Shown here piece by piece: positions 15,601 through 27,200 of a stretch of DNA of 64,000 bases. Source of the stretch: Mytilus californianus (lineage: Eukaryota); NCBI RefSeq assembly GCF_021869535.1, contig NW_026262690.1, positions 114,886,001 through 114,950,000 of the forward strand, read 5' to 3'. The position numbers and the translations under genes are program-made. The notes beneath the pieces are model-generated. The model did no database searches, was not told where the DNA came from, and saw only the letters and a list, made by a program, of their open reading frames with translations. Numbering within the stretch: the first letter of the stretch is position 1; every line of letters begins with the position of its first letter.

Positions 15601-18079
15601 TTATTACACCTTATCCCGACTTGTGCTGAAAAATTCAACTTACAAATGTACCTTTAATTGCATATTAAGAGTGCACTTGTTTCCAGAAGTTTGGTAGTAC
15701 AAAAACAGGTACTTCTTATCTGAGCAATAGGGTAAATATGCCTTCCTATCTAAATTTCATATATTTGGGTTTTTTTTCAAGAAAAATATATATATTTGAG
15801 CTACAGCTGTATTTGCTTCAGAGAGTTACTTTTGCTTCAGTCAAAGAGACTTACTTTCTCGAATGTGACCTACCTATATAGTGCTAATAAGACTTATCAC
15901 CGGGTTTGTACTAACATGAGCAACTCGTGGGTGCCACATGTGGAGCAGGATCTACTTACCCTTCCGGAGCACATGAGATCATCCTGAGTTTTTGTTGGGG
16001 TTCGTGTTGCTCAGTCTTTAATTTTCAATGTTGTGTTTTGTATACTGTTGTTTGCCTTTTGGTAGTTTTTTGTTTTTTGCCATGACGTTGTCAGTTTGTT
16101 TTCGACTTATGAGTTTAAATGTCCCTTTGGTACTTTCGCCTCTCTTATAATAATTTACTTCACATGGAGTTTGTAACACTGTGAAGTGGGAATCCCTATT
16201 GGCATTGTGTGTCGTGAGAGATTTTCTGATTTTTCTGCTCACTTCAGACACAGAATCAAAAACAGAATTCCAATAGAGATTCTGTGAAGTGGGTGACACA
16301 GTATGATTAAAATCATACTTAAATTTCACTTGCTATCGTTTATTTATATGTCAGAAAACGGGAGCGCTGAGAGGTTTGATTTTAATTTTAATCAGACTGT
16401 GGGTGACATAATATTACGTCATGTTGTAGATGAAGGAAATTGTGGTAACAGTAAAATTTCTAAGGAATTTGACGTGTATTTGTTCTTATTTTTTTAGGAG
16501 TTCCAAAACCTGACAAATTGTTGTGAGACTGAATCTTGATACAAAAATATAAACTGTATCAAATAATTTAAATTGGTCATGATTGGCCAGTAAAAGAAAT
16601 AAAATATGGAAAGGCTCAGAATAAGGTTGAAATAAATTTCCTGTGAACATTTTATATCTTGCTCGTTTAATCATGAGGCCTTTAATTCCTCCTCCATTCT
16701 CAAGTCCAGCAGTAGCTTGAACGGAGCGTCTTTTTACCACAGAACACCACAGAATACCACAGAACACCACAGAACACCACATAATACCACAGAACACCAA
16801 AAATATACCACAGAACTACACAAAATACAATAAAACTACTAAAATATACCACAGAACATTGAATTACTTTACAAAATGCAAAACTAATAATTCAGAATTA
16901 ATTATTTAAATGCAGTTCAACTATTTCTAAATGCATACAAAATTTCCTAAAAAATCTAAAATATTGTCCAGTTACTTTTATTTCATCTCAAGTAAAGTAT
17001 GTGTATACATTATGTTTCATCTGACTTGCCGACAGTATTTTGTTTTGAACTGCATCAAGTGTATCAAGAATCTATTCAGTGTTTCAAAATCCAAGCTAAT
17101 GTACTAGTTTGTGATGTCCATCATATAATTATGTTATGCATCTAAACATTCTAAAAAATGGAAGAAAAAAAATAACAAGAAAAAATTAAAATGTATTTAA
17201 AAAAAAAGTAAATGTAACAAATATACCCCAGAATTACAATTGTTGTGACTTTAAATATTTTTTGTATATTATGGTTTTAATACTGGTAGGTGGTTTTGGT
17301 ATAAACCCAATAATAGGCCAATTCAGTTGGGGGCATAGCGATAGTGAGTCGACCCTAAATAGAAAAATTAAATTTATTTGAATAATAAATGTCAAATTAT
17401 AAAAAGAATTAACAATAACAATAATATAATGTCTGAAGTATTTATATTTCGAAGTTCTGTGGTATATTTTTGATGTTCTGTGGTATTCTGTGGTGTTCTG
17501 TGGTAAAAAGACACTCCCGTAGCTTTCACTATTAGTATTAGAAATATCTCATTTCTGATGCAATTTCCATTCAGAATTTCAAATTTATTTAAATAGTTAC
17601 AATATTTTTAATTCTAAATTTTTAAACTTTAAAATAGGTAAAACATATAGATAAATGCTTTGCTTCATCCTAAATTTGCTGCTAAATTTTTTATTGCATG
17701 CTGTGTGTGAGATTCAACTTTGTATTGCACTTTGCAGGTTGTTTATATCTTAGACTGTTTTTATGTTATGTATACGTTTTTATGTTCGGTCAAAAGCTCC
17801 TTAGAGCTTGTGTTGTATATTTGACTTATGCCGAATCAAAATATTTTTTTCTTATTCTTCTTCTTTTATTCTTATTCAAACAATCTGATGATAATGAGTC
17901 ATGTCTCATGATAATTTTGGCAACGCCGGTTGATATACCTGAACAAACCAGAAAAGATTCGACAATTCGGATGTTGGATCTGACATCTGTTTACGTTGTT
18001 CAATGTCATGACTTTCACTGGAAGTTATCGCTACTGAATACAACAGAAATATTGTCGATTTTATAAAAAACGACAACAT
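678..18079 (-). CDS. TMEM62: Transmembrane protein 62 (calcineurin-like metallophosphoesterase domain followed by TM segments); 3' end lies outside the window
   Basis: Minus-strand exons 18079-17939, 15122-15011, 14548-14411, 13501-13456, 11738-11591, 10936-10806, 8293-8171, 7171-7019, 6568-6409, 4926-4816, 2398-2305, 803-678. All have GT-AG junctions and consistent phases, giving 494 codons without a stop. Translation: MLSFFIKSTIFLLYSVAITSS..NLFWFVQ|VTDIHISKF..|GDLTDAKY..WFDIKGNH|DAFDV..|KYSEQ..GNYTVIAMDAAPIPGPRRPFNFFGYMNK|..LWFGHYTTS..|YYLCGHLHTL..ELELGDWRDNR|YRVLAIDNDMLSF... The DxH, GDxxD, GNHD, H and GHxH metallophosphoesterase motifs and the surrounding sequence match TMEM62 as I recall it. 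Confidence 0.93.
1273..1826 (-). mobile_element. HINE-type element (family D) with ~160-bp internal repeats; related copy at 55345-56000 (+)
   Basis: TCACCAAAGTTTCATG recurs at ~1406, 1566 and 1725. The ends are AAGAGCTGCGCCATGAGCGCATGATACGCC and CCGGCGTATAAAA. The copy at 55345 starts TTTTTATACGCACC and has matching repeats. Confidence 0.65.
2512..2995 (-). mobile_element. Truncated HINE-like element with ~160-bp internal repeats
   Basis: TCAAGCATGATGAAAAAAGTG(T/A)GGAAAACTGATT occurs three times (~2648, 2808, 2953). Confidence 0.55.
3170..3565 (-). repeat. Abundant unclassified interspersed repeat with an AAGATGTGGTATGATTGCCAATGAGACAACT end; fragments at ~13900-14190, 23205-23345, 26855-27050, 37610-37900, 44690-44770, 45050-45330, 58505-58545 and 62400-62580
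   Basis: The same motifs (GCCAATGAGACAACTCTCCA, GCCTTCAACAATGAGCAAA, CCTGACTTGGGACAGGCA) recur across the window on both strands. Confidence 0.8.
5265..6165 (-). mobile_element. Older, diverged copy of HINE family B (a further fragment at ~5022-5145)
   Basis: Same termini (ACAAGAGTGTACACACTGAAATGTCTCGCC ... GACAAAAGTCGCAGGTGAGACAAAAA) and degenerate internal repeats. Confidence 0.75.
8591..9820 (-). mobile_element. Non-autonomous Helentron-type (HINE/DINE-1-like) element, family B, with 7 internal ~147-bp repeats
   Basis: Terminal stem-loop TGTCGAGC-TTT-CTGCGAC-AAAA-GTCGCAG-GCTCGACA (9781-9817), a GCC microsatellite and A/T-run flanks. The AGGTCAAGG motif recurs at 8741, 8888, 9035, 9182, 9329, 9475 and 9631. 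Closely similar to 23895-25427. Confidence 0.8.
15069..15283 (-). repeat. 105-bp tandem duplication spanning the TMEM62 exon 2 splice acceptor
   Basis: CAAATCAGGAGCTCTACTAAAGGC..GATATCTGTTACCTGAAATAGAAC..ACTAATGATACATCA occurs at 15069 and 15174. The two acceptors give exon starts at 15122 and 15227. Confidence 0.95.
15870..16145 (+). repeat. Interspersed repeat (CCCTTCCGGAGCAC(A/C)TGAG..GGGGTTCGTGTTGCT family); fragments at ~18413-18460, 21270-21440 and 32380-32450
   Basis: Recurrent motif shared among the listed copies. Confidence 0.65.
16721..17520. mobile_element. Foldback-like MITE with TIRs and subterminal 10-bp (ACCACAGAAC) arrays, TMEM62 intron 1
   Basis: The left end ACGGAGCGTCTTTTTACCACAGAACACCACAGAATACC matches the reverse complement of the right end GGTATTCTGTGGTGTTCTGTGGTAAAAAGACACTCCCGT. 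No clear TSD. Confidence 0.8.
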
Positions 18080-18222
18080 TTTTGTTTCGGCTGCATTGAC
18101 TGATATAACTTTAGTATCTCCACTCAAAAGAGTTTCTGAAACTGGTTACCGGATTCAGAAATAACCCTGAAAGGTACTTTCACAAACCAAAACACAAGGA
18201 CCAGTTCAAATGTCAAACAAAT
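18080..18222. promoter_or_regulatory. Putative bidirectional promoter shared by TMEM62 and JKAMP
   Basis: Only 143 bp separate the two divergent ATGs. A dyad TTTCTGAA-ACTGGTTACCGGA-TTCAGAAA (18133-18161) sits near the middle. Assumes neither gene has a separate upstream non-coding exon. Confidence 0.7.
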
Positions 18223-21200
18223 ATGTTGAAGCTTCTCATATTATTTCCTGTAATTTATGGTGTATCATTTGGACAGAAAGGTTATATTGAAAGACCAAAA
18301 CCAATATCAGACAACTAGCACAATTGAATGACTCATTAACCTCCAATTTATTCTAAACTTAACCCATTCATTGCATATAACCATATAAAACCGAATTTAT
18401 CAATGGTCCGTAGCACCTGAGATCACCCCCAGTTTTGGTGGGGTTCGTGTTGCTGTTGTACCCCTATTTGTGACATGTTTACCTATTGTGTCTGTTTGTT
18501 TTGTTCACACATCGTTGTCAATATAATGGAATTTGATGTGACTGTCATACAAGTGAGAGGTTTAGCTACATTTTTTTATGTAGCTTTAAAACCAGGTTTA
18601 ATCCACCATTTTCTACATAAGAAAATGCCTGTACCAAGTCAGGAATATTACAGTTGTTATCCATTCGTTTGATGTGTTTGAGCTTTTGATTTTGCCATTT
18701 GATTAGGGACTTTCCTTTTTGAATTTTCCTCGGAGTTCAGTATTTTTGTGATTTTACTTTCCACTAAAGTAAATGAGTGCCACCCTAGAAACAAGTTGTG
18801 CCACTAGGCTTGCTGCCTAAGATTGAGGACTCGTAGCTTATTATATAGCCTTAATTTTCACCTATTTTATTTTTCAGTCAATTTATTGCATATAAGGTAC
18901 AAAATGTGCAACAGAATTAAGTTATCTTGTTTTGTAACCTCTATTGACGGGTATCCGGTCGTTCCGTCCCCAAACCAATCCGGCCCCAAGTCGATCCGGC
19001 CCAAAGTCGATCTGTCCCAAGTCGATCCGGCCCACGTCGATCCGGCCCAAAGTTGATCCGGCCCCATAATAAAATATGATTAAACTATATTGACTTTGGA
19101 GGATTTTGTGACAAATTTAAACACATAGAAAGGCTTCTTCACTACTTCGAAAGTACCATCCAGGTACCACTTCTTTGCAGTTTGTTGTAGTTGCAGCTGT
19201 TCTTGTGTGGCAAACATGATGTTTTGTACAAAAAGTCAAATAAGAATAAATAAAGCAATCTTTATTTAGAATTTATAAGCTTTTTACCATTTTACACCTG
19301 AAAACACGCAAATTAATCTTCCCAGATTTAACACAAAACTATATACTTTTTTTTCATATTTATGGTTTAATGATAAAAGCAAAGAAAAAAATATTTAAGA
19401 CTTATATACAAAATTACAGTTTGATTATATTAAAGCAAAAAGTGAAAATAGAAACTTACCGGTATTACAGAGACGGTGTTGCCACTTTGAACATTGCTCA
19501 CACTGTAGTGCATGCTGCCGAGGTCTAACATGTTGGTCACATACCACACAAGGAAAAGCCATTGTGATATTAAAAGCAAACGCATTCTGTCTCCTCTTTT
19601 ATAGAAAGGATTCGGTAAATCAAACAACATTTCTCAATTTGAGAAGTAAGAACTTAAAACAAAAACAAAGTTTGTATGTACGGCTTGTACAGTTGTGTAT
19701 GTGTAACTATTTGTTATTACACAGGATGAAAGACTTGTTAAGATCACAGTCAATTGAAAGAAAATGCTAATTACTAGTACTGCTGAGTAATGTTGATGTC
19801 TGTTGATTGTACTAAATTCTGTTATATAAGTTTTATTATAATTATACCCAATAATTTTGAAAACTTGTAATGAAAACATAATCAACCTACTTGTTTTATA
19901 CTCATCTAAAGAAAGTATTTGTCAAAGGCCATTTTTTTTACCGTACACCTTTTACATTATAATAAAATTCATAAACATTTATGAATTACAATTAATATAT
20001 ATCTTTATTTTTTATTCCTTATAAATATATTTTTTTATTGGGGCCGGATCGACTTTAAATATGGGCCGGATCGACGTTGGGCCGGATCGACGTGGGGCCG
20101 GATCGACATGAAAGCTATTGACGCAATGGTTACATTGGTTACACATATGGAAACCTTCAATGGTAACATGCATGGGGATTCAGGGTTACAATGGTTAAAT
20201 ATAGACCAGAAGTCGGCAACTGATCGTTTATACATTTTTAAATTAGCTCAGTAATACAGGTAAATTTTGAACTGCATAAATACATGTATCGATTTGATCC
20301 GAATTCTTGAACTTCATGAAACAAAAAATTCAATACTATGTAAATGTGGCTGCATACATGTATTTATACCTCCCAAATTGTCAAAATGTAGCAGTTCGTG
20401 TGAATATATATAAAATAATAGATGCTAGTACATTGTACTTCTTCTTGATGCCATTTGGATGAAGTACATTTAGTGAATTTGTTCAACACGATTTTATAAC
20501 ATCCTCTTCATATATTACCATCTTATATTAGTATCATTGCGTAAATCTCAAGACTTTTATATAAATTTCTAATTGATTGTATTTAACATATTTTCTGCTG
20601 GCCTGGTCAATACCTGGGAACAGTATATCTAACGGGAAATGAATCTGATAGGCTTTCGGTATAAAACTGATAAAATCTCAAACTTTACAAGACTTCATGA
20701 GATTTATGGATTTTGGAAGCGTTTGATTGAAAAACTATCAGAACTGCTCAATAAATTAACCACATAATTCCAAACATTCAACAAATACAATGAATTGTTA
20801 AGTTTTATCGTAAAGTAGATATATTTTGTCATATAAAATGAACAATATAAATGTGATTTATTTGATGTGAAGTGTTTTATAATGGTTTTTGAAATTCACG
20901 GTTACTGGGAATGCCATCAGCACCAATTTTTTATTACCCTGTTTGCATTCTGTACCCTTCTGTGATGAAATGAATGCGACTATGACAAATTTGAAGTGAC
21001 AGATTACAAGTTCGATACACTGGCATCACTTATTACTTAGTTTGAATGACATTTTATTGATGTTATCAGAAATTATTAAGATAATAGAGAGTACGTATTT
21101 TACACATGTCCGTTTCCGTATCGTGCCATTTATTAACTATGACCCGACGCTAAAATCGGCTATAATTAGGTAGTATCAAGTCCCGTTGATATATATGTTC

Positions 21201-24200
21201 CTGTCAATACTAGTATTGATCGCTTTTTGCCAGCCTTGATTCTAAAGGGACATTCATACACCATAAGTTGATGAAAATCACCAAGCCGAAAAGACAAATA
21301 GAAGTCACAAAACACTGTATATACATGTACATAGAAAGCTAAAGATTGAACAACATAAAAAAAAGGCAAAGCTGTGGTTGGACTCTGATGCCCTGGAAGG
21401 GAAAGTAGTTCATGCTCCACTAATGGCATCCATCATGTTGCTTATCACAAATGAAAATTTGGTATAACTCTATGAAAACTAAAGTAGCAAAGTGAGAACA
21501 AGGATGGCATGTGGTTGATTACTGGTAGTAAAATTTACCAGCTTACTGAATTTATTTCTTTTTTTTCAGTTACAGAAAAATGTCCTGGGCTTTACTGTGG
21601 AAGGACACTAGAGAATGGAACACTCAGTAATTGTGGGGTATGTATAGCTTTATCATTTAAAATAACTTCATGTGATTTATTTATAGTTTATTCTTAATAT
21701 GATATCAGATGATCTTGATGGATGGCTTTTTAATGTCCAGCAGCAAATTAATTGCATATTCAGGACAAGAACATGTTAATGCGATACGAATATTAAAACT
21801 GCTTTGTACTAAACAGACAAGCTGATCCAGATTTTTAATGTCCTAAATGTAGTTCACAAGCTAAGGTACATGTAACAGTCTGCAGGAAGACATGTCACCC
21901 TACCCGGACACATTTTTCTGATTCCGAGCTGACCAGTCTTTGCTCTTACTCCTTTATGCCGTGTGCTAGTGGAGAAGCAGCAAATACCAATTTTAAAGTC
22001 TTTGGTCTTAACTGGTTAGGGTTCCGAACCCATGCCCTCCTGAACTTGAGGCGAACATGCTACCATGAGACCACCAAGGCGGTCTTGTTTCATAATATCA
22101 TACATGAAAAATTAGTGAAAATTGACTGGATAGAGTACCTATAATCACACATACTACAAAAGTTATCAGCCAACAGATAACAAACCAGTCATCAGTATTG
22201 TAAATTCAGATATTTTGTGATTGCGTAAACAAATTTTAATTTTTGGCGTGAATTGTTAAAATTTATCTATTTTTCTATTATTTTATGGCAGGCGTGTGTG
22301 AGAGGCTACCAGCCTGATGATAGTTCTGAAAACTCTATATGTAAGAGATGTGAAGAAGAACCTTGTTTTTATGACTGGCTTTTTCTGGGATTCATGGCCT
22401 TGTTGTCTTTATTACTTCATTGGTTCTTCATAGATTTTACAAATAGAAGAAAGAAGTAAGTGAAATTAGCCTTTCAAAGTGCATGTAAAACATCTACAAA
22501 AGTTCCCTGGTATGTACCAGTAGTAAAGAAAAAACTTTAATTGATTTTCCAAATAGAAGAAAAAAATAATTGAAATTAGTCTTTCCAAGGATCTGTAAAA
22601 CATTGACAAAAGTTCAATGAAATGTACCAGTAGTCAAGAAAAACCATTCCTGGCCATAGTAACTTTGACCTAGACCTGTCTTGGGTGTTACAATATTTGA
22701 CCTGTCCTTTTTAAGTTTGATCCATTATTATTAAGTCCTCTTCCAGTTAGCTTGTAAAACAAAGTAAAACCATAGATTCCACCATGAAAATCAAACAAAT
22801 GCAATCATATTAATTAATCAAATTAATCAAATTAATCAATTACATTTTGTATCAGATTTTCCTGACATAATATTGAAAAATGTTTGCTGCTGTTCAACAA
22901 TATGAGACTTGCTGTATTCACTTATAATTACAATTTCAATATCGAGAAATCCTGATAATTCGTGCATACTGTTTTTTTTTTGTGTGTGTTCCAGTAATCT
23001 TGGTTAATGAAAATCACTGCTTATGCTGTTTTATTATTTCTTTTATTATGAAAATATGTACAATATAACTAAGGTAATTCAATTAAATCAGAAATAATTC
23101 TTGTTGGTTTTGAGTGTATTTGAAACATGTTGTGATTGAAGGTACCAACAGACATTATGAATTAATTATGGAATAAATGGCCTCCATTCCATTCATTGTA
23201 AAAAATAAGGAGATGTGGTTTGATTGCCAATGAGATAAGTATCCACCAGAGTTCTAATGGCATGAATATAAACAATTATAGGTCACCGTACAGCCTTCAA
23301 CAATGAGAAAACCCATACCGTATAGTCAGCTTTAAAAAGCCCCCACATGAATAATATCTTTATTAATTAACTACAGTGACAGTGTTTACCTGTTTTTGTT
23401 TGTTTGTGTGTTTTATTTCCTTACACAAGATTTTTACATGCTTTACCTTGAAATTGAACTAACCAAATCTGAGTTTCCTTTTTAGCTCACCTGGCCCGAA
23501 GGGCCAAGTGAGCTTTTCTCATCACTTGGCGTCCGTCCTCCATCGTCGTCGTCCATCATCGTTAGCTATTTACAAAAATCTTCTCCTCTGAAACCACTGG
23601 GTCAAATTTAACCAAACTTGGCCACAATCATCATTAGGGTATCTAGTTTAAAAATGTGTTCGATGACCCCGCCAACCAACCAAGATGGCCGCCATGGCTA
23701 AAAATAGAACATAGGGGTAAAATGTAGATTTTGGCTTATATCTCTGAAACCAAAGCATTTAGAGTAAATCTGACAAGGGTAAAACTGATTATCAGGTCAA
23801 GATCTATCTGCCCTAAAATTTTCAGACAAATCTGACAACCTGTTGTTGGGTTGCTGCCCCTGAATTGGTAATTTTAAGGAAATTTTGCAGTTTTTGTCGA
23901 GCCTGCGACTTTTGTCGCAGAAAGCTCGACATAGGGATAGTGATCCGGCGGCGGCGGCTACGGCGGCGGCGGCGTTAGCTAACTTCTTAAAAGCTTTATA
24001 TTTTAGAAGGTGGAAGGTATGGATGCTTCATACTTTGTATATGGATGCCTCATGTTACGAAGTTTCCGTCAGTCACATGTCCAATGTCCTTGACCTCATT
24101 TTCATGGTTCAGTGACTACTTGAAAAAAAAGTTAAGATTTTTTGTAATGTTAGATTCTCTCTTATTATAAGTAATAGGATAACTGTATTTGGTATGTGCG

Positions 24201-27200
24201 TACCTTGCAAGGTCCTCATGCCAGTCAGACAGTTTTCACTTGACCTCGACCTCATTTCATGGATCAGTGAACAAGGTTAAGTTTTGGTGGTCAAGTCCAT
24301 ATCTCAGATACCATAAGCAATAGGTCTAGTATATTCGGTGTATGGAAGGACTGTAAGGTGTACATGTCCAACTGGCAGGTGTCATCTGACCTTGACCTCA
24401 TTTTCATGGTTCAGAGGTTATAGTTAAGTTTTTGTGTTTTGGTCTGTTTTTCTTATACTGTATGCCATAGGTCTACTATATTTGGTGTATGGAATGATTG
24501 TAAGGTGTACATGTCTAGCGGGCAGGTGTCATCTGACCTTGACCTCATTTTCATGGTTCAGTGGTCAAAGTTAAGTTTTTGAGTTTTGGTCTTTTATTCT
24601 AATACTATATGCAATAGTTCAACTATATTTGGTATGTACGTACCTTGCAAGGTCCTCATGCCCGTCAGACAGTTTTCACTTGACCTCGACCTCATTTCAT
24701 GGATCAGTGAACAAGGTTAAGTTTTGGTGGTCAAGTCCATATCTCAGATACTATAAGCAATAGGTCTAGTATATTCGGTGTATGGAAGGACTGTAAGGTG
24801 TACATGTCCAACTGGCAGGTGTCATCTGACCTTGACCTCATTTTCATGGTTCAGTGGTTATAGTTAAGTTTTTGTGTTTTGGTCTGTTTTTCTTATACTG
24901 TATGCCATAGGTCTACTATATTTGGTGTATGGAATGATTGTAAGGTGTACATGTCTAGCGGGCAGGTGTCATCTGACCTTGACCTCATTTTCATGGTTCA
25001 GTGGTCAAAGTTAAGTTTTTTGAGTTTTGGTCTGTTTTTCTAATACTATATGCAATAGTTCAACTATATTTGGTGTATGGAAATATTTCATGATCTATTT
25101 GGCAGTCACGCAGGTTTTATTTGACCTTGACCTCATTTTCAAGGTTCATTGCTCACTGTTTAGTTTTTGTGTTTTGGTCTGTTTTTCTTAAACTATAAGC
25201 AATAGGTCAACTATATTTGTTGTATGGAAGAATTGTTAGCTGTTGCCTGCCAAGCATGGTTCATCTGACCTTGACCTAATTTTCATGGTTCATTGGTCAA
25301 TGTTTAGTTTACTTGGTTAATGTTAAGTTTATGTGACAGTTGTAATAAAGCTTTATATTTAGGACTATCACCATAATATCAATGATTAGTAAAGAAGGCG
25401 AGACATTTCAGCGTGTGCACTCTTGTTGGTTATTATCTTGAATATTATTATAGATAGAGATAAACTGTAAACGGCAATAATGTTCAGCAAAGTAAGATCT
25501 ACAAATAAGTTGTATGACCAAAATTGTCATTCGGCCCCTTTAGGAGTTATTGCCCTTAATAGTCAATTTTTAACAATTTTTTGTAAAATTTTTGTAATCT
25601 TTTACAAAAATCTTCTTCTCTGAAACTATTGAGACAAATTTAACCATACTTGGCCATAATCATTAATAGGGTATCTAGTTAAAAAATTTGTCCGATGACC
25701 CCGCCTTCCAACCATCATGGCCGACTTGATTAAAAATAGAACATAGGGGTAAAATGCAGTTTTTGGTTTATAAATATCTCTGAAACTAAAGCATTTAGAG
25801 CAAATCTGACAGGTGGCAAAAATGTTCATCAGATTTAGATTTATCTGCCCTGAAATTTTCAGACGAATCTGACAACCCGTTGTTGGGTTGCTGCCCCTGA
25901 GTTAGTAATTTTACAAAAATTTTGCAGTTTTCTTGTTATTATCTTAGATATCATTATAATATCTAATATCTAATACTATTAATTATGATTTTAACCTTAT
26001 TTTACATGATTTCGAAAGCATCAGTAAATGCAGGTGAGCGACACAGGCTCTTGAGAGCCTCTAGTTTAAGCTGCAATGTCAAATGATCTGGTGCTGTTTG
26101 GAAGTGTCTTCTACATTTTTTGATGATTTGATAACCCTTTTCGGTCACTATAAAGTGTTACAATACATATTTAGACGCAACACATAAATAGTAATTGGAA
26201 AGGTACTGCCATTGCACGAGAGATTTAGAAACAAAAGTATTTAATACAACTTGGAATTAAATATGATTGCCAATAAGACAACTATCCATAGACAATGACC
26301 AAAGAACGAAGACTTGAACAATAAATTACAGTTCATCCTTCAACAATCCATATGCCTGGTTCGGGTTAAAAAATACATGATACCTAGAAGCGAAAGTGAA
26401 CAGTAAATTGAAATGCACCCGTTAAACTGATAAAATGTTTTAAATAGTTATGAAGTCGACAAGAAATGAGCTTTGTGATAATCTGCAGACTCGTTTCCCA
26501 AACCTCTAATAATTCAATTATCTACTTACAAAATGTGTTTTAAATGAATGTGACCTTCTTCAGCCTGAAATATTTGCCACACTGAACGTTTCGGCATGTT
26601 TATGGTTAGTAAATAAAACAGCACATTCCAAACGACAGTTTACATTAAGTTTGTGTTTATCATGATTTTCGACCTAAAAACTAGAGACGTTCCGAATTCC
26701 TGTATTGGCCGGATCAGAACTCGACCAATACGGAAAAATATCAATATTGGCCGAGTTATTTTGTATTGGCCGAGTTGACACTTTTGTATTGCATAGGCAG
26801 TTTTCATCATATTAAGTCCAATAACAGAGTAGTTAATTAATAATGTGAAATAATTCAAATGAGAAAACTAACGGCCTAATTTATAATAAGACAGTTTACG
26901 AAAAAAAAATATGACAGACATGATTCTACAGCAACCACTGAATCACAGGCTCCTGACTTGGGACAAGCACATAAAGAAAGTGGCAGGATTAAACATGTAT
27001 TTAAGTAATCAAACCTTCCCCTAACCTGGGACAGTGCTGTAACAGCACAACATAATATTGATATGTCATCTTACTCAATTGCAAGTATACCCTGGTATAT
27101 TTCCTTCAAACTCTCCCAGAATATTAGAAATGAGAGCCTAAGGATTTTCATACTCTTATGTTTATAGGTTATTCATGAGTTATGGAACTTAGTATTCTCA

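Noticed and set aside
16186-16700. Coding-looking stretch (MSENGSAERFDF... on +; SPTSQNLYWNSVF... on -)
   Set aside because: All frames are interrupted and I recognise no domain. It may be a decayed transposon fragment; a translated homology search would be needed.
16486-16800. 104-aa ORF with VFCGI(M/L)WCSV repeats
   Set aside because: The repeats are a translation of the 10-bp subterminal array of the foldback element.
18210-18280. Alternative JKAMP start at ATG 18210
   Set aside because: It is 13 nt upstream of 18223, and so out of frame with exon 2 after splicing.
18823-19067. ORFs with VDPA/GSTW repeats, also 20035-20235
   Set aside because: Translations of the MULE subterminal GTCGATCCGGCCC arrays.
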